From an uncultured virus (IMG/VR IMGVR_UViG_3300025141_000033) (lineage: Duplodnaviria; Heunggongvirae; Uroviricota; Caudoviricetes), in IMG/VR virus record IMGVR_UViG_3300025141_000033: a stretch of DNA of 20,000 bases; one strand, written 5' to 3'. The notes beneath the pieces were generated by a model. It searched no databases. It was not told where the DNA came from and saw only the letters and a list, made by a program, of their open reading frames with translations. Made by a program: the position numbers and the translations under genes. This document shows positions 14,222 to 20,000 of this stretch, piece after piece (within the stretch, counting starts at the first letter, position 1; the number at the start of each line of letters is the position of its first letter).

Positions 14222-17200
14222 TTAATCTTTTTTCTCGCAAAGTTGCCCATCTGCATTAAACGGATTGTTCACGAGCTGCCTTTTTTTCCATCTGGGAAGA
14301 ATATTGTGACCAATGGGTGGCGTTGTCGCCTCTTTTAGCGCTCTCATAGACAATGCCGCAGGGCTTTCTGAGCTGGGCGACTTTGTTTCGGTTGGTTCAA
14401 ACTTTCGGAAATTATAGTAAGTTCTGAACATTCGTTTGATCCTGCTCTTGCAATTTCTCAATAAAATCTGATCCCAGTCGTCGAATTCTAGAACGAATGG
14501 TGTGCCGAGACCGTATGGTGGACGCACTCCATAAGGTGCCCAGCCTTCCATGGAAAGCACTTCTTCCTGGTCATCGTTGACCTTCATACCGGGGCGGGTG
14601 GGCGAAGCACCGTTATAGTCGCCGGTGGTTGTAACCACCAATTCTCCAATCGATGGTAAAAAGTTTAGGTCGTTATAAATCGCCGTGGTTGAAATAAGTT
14701 TGTTCAGCGGGAAAATGTACTGAGTAGTGAGCTTGAAAATCTCGCTATCAACAAGATTATTGATTAAACAAAGCAGCAGTTTGCTATTCGATTGAAGGGG
14801 GGCGATTTGTTCGATCGGGGTGTCGAGAGCATCTATTTCAACATTAGATAAAAGTCTCTTGCTGGAGTCGACCATAATCGAAAATTCTATCCCATATCGA
14901 ACTCCCAGCTCGCCCTGTAGTCCAACTACTCGGCCGCCAGCGTCAAGAACCAGCTCAAGGGTTCCGGGATAAACATCCGATATATTTAAGGAACCATCGT
15001 TCGCTTTGATGATATCGATCGCTTCGGTAGTATTGTATTTAAACCCATTGATGCTAATATACTTTTCAACAACAAAGGGCTGGCTTGTTGAGATAGAAGA
15101 GGCGACGGTACCATATTCTGCTATATCACCTATCGCCACCTCAAGAAGGGCAGCGATAGGAGTGAGAACATCGTGATCGTCTGCAACGTGGAATTCGCCG
15201 ACCATATACTCTATATTAGAGGTATCGGTGATGTTGACGTGATAATACCCAACATAATCCTCGCCATCGGAAGTGGTGAACTGCCCACCGGATGTGTACA
15301 GCTCCTCCCCCTCGGTAGGAAGATCAACTGTAGTTTCCTTGATTTCGCTGGATAAGTCGAGCGAGGACCCCTGGGTGAAGTTCATCAGAGCATAATACCC
15401 CATGTTGTCAATCTCTGGGGACATGTCGAGCTTCTCAAGATTGTCAAGGAAGATAGAGGACATATAAGTCAACTCTTCTTTTACCAGTTCCTTTAGAACG
15501 TTCTTAGCTCGCTCTTCAGTGTCCTTAAGGAACTCATATTTCTTTTTATCACGAAGCTGCTTCAGGGTGGTAAATATTCCAACACTCAGGCTGCGCTCCT
15601 CTCTAAGATCATTTTTATCAGGGTAATCGTAATTTACAACCAGTTCGTTCAGTTCTTCCAGAGAACGAGTTACGTCCGGTGGGACGATCTCAATGTCGCC
15701 ACTATCAATTCTTCTATTGTATAGCTGGACTGACTGCTCTAAGAAGGCATACCAGAATTCAACATCCTTGAACGGACTGATTTCCCATGAGGCGGACTGA
15801 GGATCCGAGAAGCTTTTCCTCATATCCTCGATGATGTACATTGCGTAGATGTTGCTGTACATATTATCAAAATCTGGCTTAAACTTGGTAAAAGTGTTAA
15901 GAGTCTTAAAGAAGTGTGTTGCGGCAAATATTCGAATTGCCGAGGTGATTGTCCCCTCGATGCCGGCGACTGACGGTCTCTGAAGGATTCTCTGGTATGG
16001 TGCTTCACGAATGCAGTCAGGATCAGACTTTAGGCGATCGTCTTCGGGTATTTGAGCGTAAGTATCATCTATCTTCTGCTGTATACTACCGAAGTCAACC
16101 AAGTCAGAAGAGTGTGGCTTGCAAGGGCTCATCTCTGGGAAGAGGTGGTTGATCAAGCCAAGCCATCCTTCATTTCTCATCGGCTTAATGTAGACCGGTG
16201 GATTCATGTAGTTGCCACCGTACTTGCTGGGATCTAAGTAAAATACTCTTGTGTTCTCGGGGGTGCCAGCTTGTTCATTATCATACTGGTCACGACTAAC
16301 GCCCAGCACACCATCATCGTCCGTGAGATCAGTAGAATAATATCTTTCTCCGTCAGATGTTAGATACTCAGCTGATTCAGCAGTAAGATTGTCGAACTGA
16401 GCGCCGTAAAGATATGATTTCTCGTTGCCGGCGATTTCACCAAGAAGCTTCTGTAGCATATTGGTCGTTATCTGATCATAGGTTGCTTTGATGTCTCCTG
16501 GACTCAGGTCTTCACCATTGTTCTGTAGGATCTCCGATAGTAGTGTGACCTGTGGCGTGTACTCTTGGTGGGTTACGAAACATTGGTTGAACGATTGGTA
16601 GTTGGCGAAGTCGAAGCCTTCGAGTGTGTTATCAATAGCGAAGAACTCTTGAGCTATCTCAGTTGAGATGTTGGAGGCTCCGAGTTCCGCGAGCTTGCCG
16701 GCACCATATGCTATTTTGGACTTGTCAAGAGAGACATTTGTATCTCTGACATTTTCGATCAGAATCCTAATACTATCGCCGGGAACATTTCTCATTCCTG
16801 TTCCGTCTTGCTCAAGATCTCCGAGATAAAGATGTAAATTGTGCCCTTCAGAAAAGCGGTCGGGGTAGGCATCATCACCCTTTGCATTGTCCCTGAATTC
16901 TATCGTAGCATCGGGGGTGGCTTTTCGGGCTCTCTCGGTAAAGACCACTTGCTCTTCTTCGACATCGACACTAATATCTACGTTGTATCTGTTGTCTGGC
17001 AATGAAAGATACTCGGTAGCGCTAACATATGCTCCAACAGAAAGGTTCTCGAAAGTCCTGATAGTGTCAGAGTCTGGTTGTATTTCGTTATTTGAGGTGA
17101 AATTAATGTTTCCCACATTGCTGGTAATGTATTCTTGTAGCCATTCTCCCACCTTGTATGGGTAGGCTCCTTCTTGGTCAGCAGCGAGACCGAAAGCTGT

Positions 17201-20000
17201 GCCTGCATCCGAGAAGAAGTCAACATAACTCTTGCGATTTGATACTTTACGGTGGTGGGTGCTGAGTGGGTTTCCAAGTGTATCGGACATAATCATATTG
17301 ATAAATCCCCACTTTTTCTTGCCAGGACCATTGCCAAACATATCCGTGGCAAACTCACTCTTGAGGGACTCCAACGAATCACCGATCGCCTTTGTGGTGG
17401 TGTTCACCATCGCATCGGTTTCAAATGGAAGCATACCATTGTCGCACCCGGGGTCGGAGATAAGCGGCGGAAGGTTGTTCGCGAGGTGTTGAGAGACACC
17501 CGTCTGCATGACTGCGGCGATGTCCTCCAGCTGGGCATTCAGCCCGAGATCGCACATTCTGGAGATCTGTTCTGGGGAGGCTCGTCCTTCGAGAAGAGAT
17601 GCCCGAAAATTGCAAAATTCTTCTAATTTTTCGGGTGATGCGCAAAGTGACGGATTAATCGGATTTGTGTCTCCTTCAAGGTTCTTAAGCTTCTCCCTCG
17701 CATCCAAGGGAAGTAAGTTGCCTATATTACTAAACAAACTCGATATGTCCCCTGTATCCGAGAGAGCATCCCTGAATTCGGGGTACTCATATTCTATGAG
17801 GTTGTCCATCATGCCTAACACTTCATCGGAAGCTTCACCATTCAAAAGGTCGGCAAGCTCATTACGAGTCATCGAACAAGAGATATCTTCAGCCAAATTT
17901 AGAACTGACTGCTCGTTAGCGAATGCAGCACCACCGGTACCGAGGAGGGCGAAAGTATCAATCAAAGTATTGTCGATCTTTTCCTGGTCGGCGTTCGGGC
18001 CGCATATTGAATCTCTAAGGATCTCGGATAAGCCTCCACCGCAGTCTCCAGGTGGAAGTGATTGGACAAGACTGCCACCAAGTGAGACAGTAGAACAGAT
18101 GGACCCCCCTATAAGCTGGCAGATCTTGACTATCAACTTGACCATTATAGCTACAACCAATTTGTTAATAGAGTTCACCAAGGCGTCAAAAGCTACAGCA
18201 GTAAAATCCATCTCACTGGGGAACCATGCCGATGGGTTCGACATACGGGGAAGAACGATCTCATCCTTCGTCCTACAGAACGGTAGTTCCACTGATTTAA
18301 TGAAATCGTACACACTGGGATCAAGGATGGGAGGTTGGGGGCAGTCAACACTGGCGAGGAGGGTCTTGACGAGCTGGGCGCCAGGAAATTTATTCAGTTC
18401 ATCCACAACACTAAGAAGGTCATCATTATAGACTTCAATCAAGGCTAAAGTATATGCTTCAAGAACAACATCAGGTGAGAGCTTCGTCTTTGAAGTCTCT
18501 CCAAATTGAAGTTGCTGGTTTAGGGTCTTGTTTTGGATTTGAGAGCGGTACTGTTGGGCAGCTTCAGACTCTAAGTCTGCGGCACTGGAATTGGCTGCGG
18601 TGGCGGATGAAACTTCATCGTCCCTCCATGGTGCCTCCCAAGTCCAAAGCAAAAAGACGTTTGTTGCGTCAGTTTTAGGATTAGTCGCCTTTTCTGGCAA
18701 GTCTCCGGAACCAGGGGCTTGAGAACCAGAAAGCGCCCCAGAAGAGGCATCTGAAACTTGTTGTGCGTCAGAGCCGGTCTTAAACACCTCCCCGCTCTCG
18801 ATCTTCTCTTTGACTAACTTTTCGATTTCGTCTTGTTTGTCAGGAGGAAGTCCGACAAAGAGCTTGCCAAAGTTGTCAATCGACATGGACCTCATGGTAC
18901 TCTTAATAATACCTGCCATCGCCTGCTCTAACGTCATCCCCTTGAAGAGACATTGGATAGCATCCAACATCATATTGTTTAATCCGCAAAGCTTGATCTT
19001 ATCGAAGGCTTGGCGCCACAATTCTCTTGGGGGGACTGCCTTGGGGGCTTTAGTTTCTCCAGCGCCGTCTTGCTCTATAGCAGGCTCTTCAGATTGAAGA
19101 TCAGGAGAGATGCCAAGGATCAGGGAGCAAAACTCTGAAAAGACTTGATCGTTGACTTCTAACTCTTTATACGCTTGTTCTTTCGCCATGTCAAGCATTT
19201 TTCGTTTCTTATTATTGGCGTTCGGGTCCTCAATAAGACCCAATTCAGCCTTCTCATTTCTAAGTTCCTCGGTCGTCTTTACGCAGGCGCTATTTCGGAA
19301 CTGGTAGGCGACGATGTCTCCAATGCTAAATTCTGGGTGCAAGAGATCCTGCGCAAGCTGCTTTCCTTCGCTCTCTAAAGCTTCGGCAAGACAGCTGGCG
19401 ATCGTATTCTCCGGGTCGTTGTTCGCATAAGCTGCGTTTGTTGTATCGTAAATCGCGGGGTAGGTGTGTTCCTTGAGAAACTGCAGCCATGGCTTGGGAA
19501 CTCTTGCTGCGGCGTCATCGTACATCTCGTTGAGTTTCGTGAAATACGCCATGGCTGTGGGGTCTTTGAATACGTCCTTGCGCTTCAGGGTTTTGTCCAG
19601 GACCCGCTTAAAAACTACAGGTATGTCTCCACACTCATCAGTAAAAACTTCAAGCTTTTTAAGCTCATAGGAGCTGCTAAAGGTAAACGTGATCTTGTTA
19701 ACGCTATCGTTGAACAGAGTACCCCTCAGGTTTCCAGGAAGGTTATAACCGCGCTTATTGAGAAATGCATCTATCTCTGGCACAATGTCGGCGAGGATAG
19801 AAGGTTTATTCTTCCATGGGCGGCCGCCATACTTATCGAGGTCAAACACTGAGTTGTCTGACAGGGAGAGGAGATTGCCGCCTTCAACGCCTTGATACGT
19901 TCTAAAATATCTAGCGTACAGGCGCAGGGTTTTTTTGACTATTTTTGTCTTTATAAGAAGGTCATCGGTGTTGTACGTGACCACTATAGTGGCTTCAGAC
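14222..20000 (-). CDS. Partial (5'-truncated) very large acidic hypothetical protein, >1920 aa, probable virion component
   Basis: The ORF is stop-free from the TAA at 14224-14222 to the window edge. Codons beyond the track's GTG at 19984 remain open (S-E-A-T-I), so the real start probably lies outside the window. It is D/E/L-rich with about 23 Cys. I recognise no family for it. Confidence 0.85.
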   Translation of the reverse strand, partial: SEATIVVTYNTDDLLIKTKIVKKTLRLYARYFRTYQGVEGGNLLSLSDNSVFDLDKYGGRPWKNKPSILADIVPEIDAFLNKRGYNLPGNLRGTLFNDSVNKITFTFSSSYELKKLEVFTDECGDIPVVFKRVLDKTLKRKDVFKDPTAMAYFTKLNEMYDDAAARVPKPWLQFLKEHTYPAIYDTTNAAYANNDPENTIASCLAEALESEGKQLAQDLLHPEFSIGDIVAYQFRNSACVKTTEELRNEKAELGLIEDPNANNKKRKMLDMAKEQAYKELEVNDQVFSEFCSLILGISPDLQSEEPAIEQDGAGETKAPKAVPPRELWRQAFDKIKLCGLNNMMLDAIQCLFKGMTLEQAMAGIIKSTMRSMSIDNFGKLFVGLPPDKQDEIEKLVKEKIESGEVFKTGSDAQQVSDASSGALSGSQAPGSGDLPEKATNPKTDATNVFLLWTWEAPWRDDEVSSATAANSSAADLESEAAQQYRSQIQNKTLNQQLQFGETSKTKLSPDVVLEAYTLALIEVYNDDLLSVVDELNKFPGAQLVKTLLASVDCPQPPILDPSVYDFIKSVELPFCRTKDEIVLPRMSNPSAWFPSEMDFTAVAFDALVNSINKLVVAIMVKLIVKICQLIGGSICSTVSLGGSLVQSLPPGDCGGGLSEILRDSICGPNADQEKIDNTLIDTFALLGTGGAAFANEQSVLNLAEDISCSMTRNELADLLNGEASDEVLGMMDNLIEYEYPEFRDALSDTGDISSLFSNIGNLLPLDAREKLKNLEGDTNPINPSLCASPEKLEEFCNFRASLLEGRASPEQISRMCDLGLNAQLEDIAAVMQTGVSQHLANNLPPLISDPGCDNGMLPFETDAMVNTTTKAIGDSLESLKSEFATDMFGNGPGKKKWGFINMIMSDTLGNPLSTHHRKVSNRKSYVDFFSDAGTAFGLAADQEGAYPYKVGEWLQEYITSNVGNINFTSNNEIQPDSDTIRTFENLSVGAYVSATEYLSLPDNRYNVDISVDVEEEQVVFTERARKATPDATIEFRDNAKGDDAYPDRFSEGHNLHLYLGDLEQDGTGMRNVPGDSIRILIENVRDTNVSLDKSKIAYGAGKLAELGASNISTEIAQEFFAIDNTLEGFDFANYQSFNQCFVTHQEYTPQVTLLSEILQNNGEDLSPGDIKATYDQITTNMLQKLLGEIAGNEKSYLYGAQFDNLTAESAEYLTSDGERYYSTDLTDDDGVLGVSRDQYDNEQAGTPENTRVFYLDPSKYGGNYMNPPVYIKPMRNEGWLGLINHLFPEMSPCKPHSSDLVDFGSIQQKIDDTYAQIPEDDRLKSDPDCIREAPYQRILQRPSVAGIEGTITSAIRIFAATHFFKTLNTFTKFKPDFDNMYSNIYAMYIIEDMRKSFSDPQSASWEISPFKDVEFWYAFLEQSVQLYNRRIDSGDIEIVPPDVTRSLEELNELVVNYDYPDKNDLREERSLSVGIFTTLKQLRDKKKYEFLKDTEERAKNVLKELVKEELTYMSSIFLDNLEKLDMSPEIDNMGYYALMNFTQGSSLDLSSEIKETTVDLPTEGEELYTSGGQFTTSDGEDYVGYYHVNITDTSNIEYMVGEFHVADDHDVLTPIAALLEVAIGDIAEYGTVASSISTSQPFVVEKYISINGFKYNTTEAIDIIKANDGSLNISDVYPGTLELVLDAGGRVVGLQGELGVRYGIEFSIMVDSSKRLLSNVEIDALDTPIEQIAPLQSNSKLLLCLINNLVDSEIFKLTTQYIFPLNKLISTTAIYNDLNFLPSIGELVVTTTGDYNGASPTRPGMKVNDDQEEVLSMEGWAPYGVRPPYGLGTPFVLEFDDWDQILLRNCKSRIKRMFRTYYNFRKFEPTETKSPSSESPAALSMRALKEATTPPIGHNILPRWKKRQLVNNPFNADGQLCEKKD

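Noticed and set aside
14281..14287. T7 tract (A7 on the coding strand) as a frameshift site or terminator
   Set aside because: It simply encodes K-K-R near the C-terminus. No hairpin or useful alternative frame was evident.
612..17645. Short alternative-frame minus-strand ORFs nested in the large genes
   Set aside because: They are 60-106 aa with atypical composition, at a number expected by chance at this GC content.
17508..18431. 307-aa plus-strand ORF, and the other plus-strand ORFs such as 3320-3793 and 6100-6621
   Set aside because: They are wholly antisense to long, convincing minus-strand genes, have S/R/L-rich shadow composition and show no recognisable motifs.
454..20000. Inteins, introns or a diversity-generating retroelement explaining the giant ORFs
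   Set aside because: I saw no intein C-terminal HN-[CST] junctions, no LAGLIDADG/HNH motifs, no reverse transcriptase and no template/variable repeat pair.

Overview
The window is one tightly packed minus-strand run of six genes. It reads as the baseplate/tail module of a large contractile-tailed (myovirus-like) phage. In transcription order the genes are: (1) a >1,920-aa acidic, Cys-rich unknown protein, open at the right edge; (2) a gp25-like sheath-initiator/wedge protein; (3) a T4 gp6-like (baseplate J-like) wedge protein; (4) a 502-aa DNRLRE-like protein; (5) a 3,353-aa giant in which a gp7/P2 gpI-like wedge domain appears split and interleaved with LamG-like lectin domains, followed by about 2,200 further residues that are mostly unassignable; (6) a partial gene at the left edge that the ORF track missed. 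The genes use the standard code, have Shine-Dalgarno-like sites and are translationally coupled. I saw no RNA genes, CRISPR arrays or mobile elements. The most notable signals are the giant wedge-lectin fusion, a [ST]-[GAS]-S tripeptide enrichment confined to two adjacent proteins, and a 12-nt motif lying exactly 14 nt upstream of two start codons. All family assignments come from motif recognition by eye, not from database searches.
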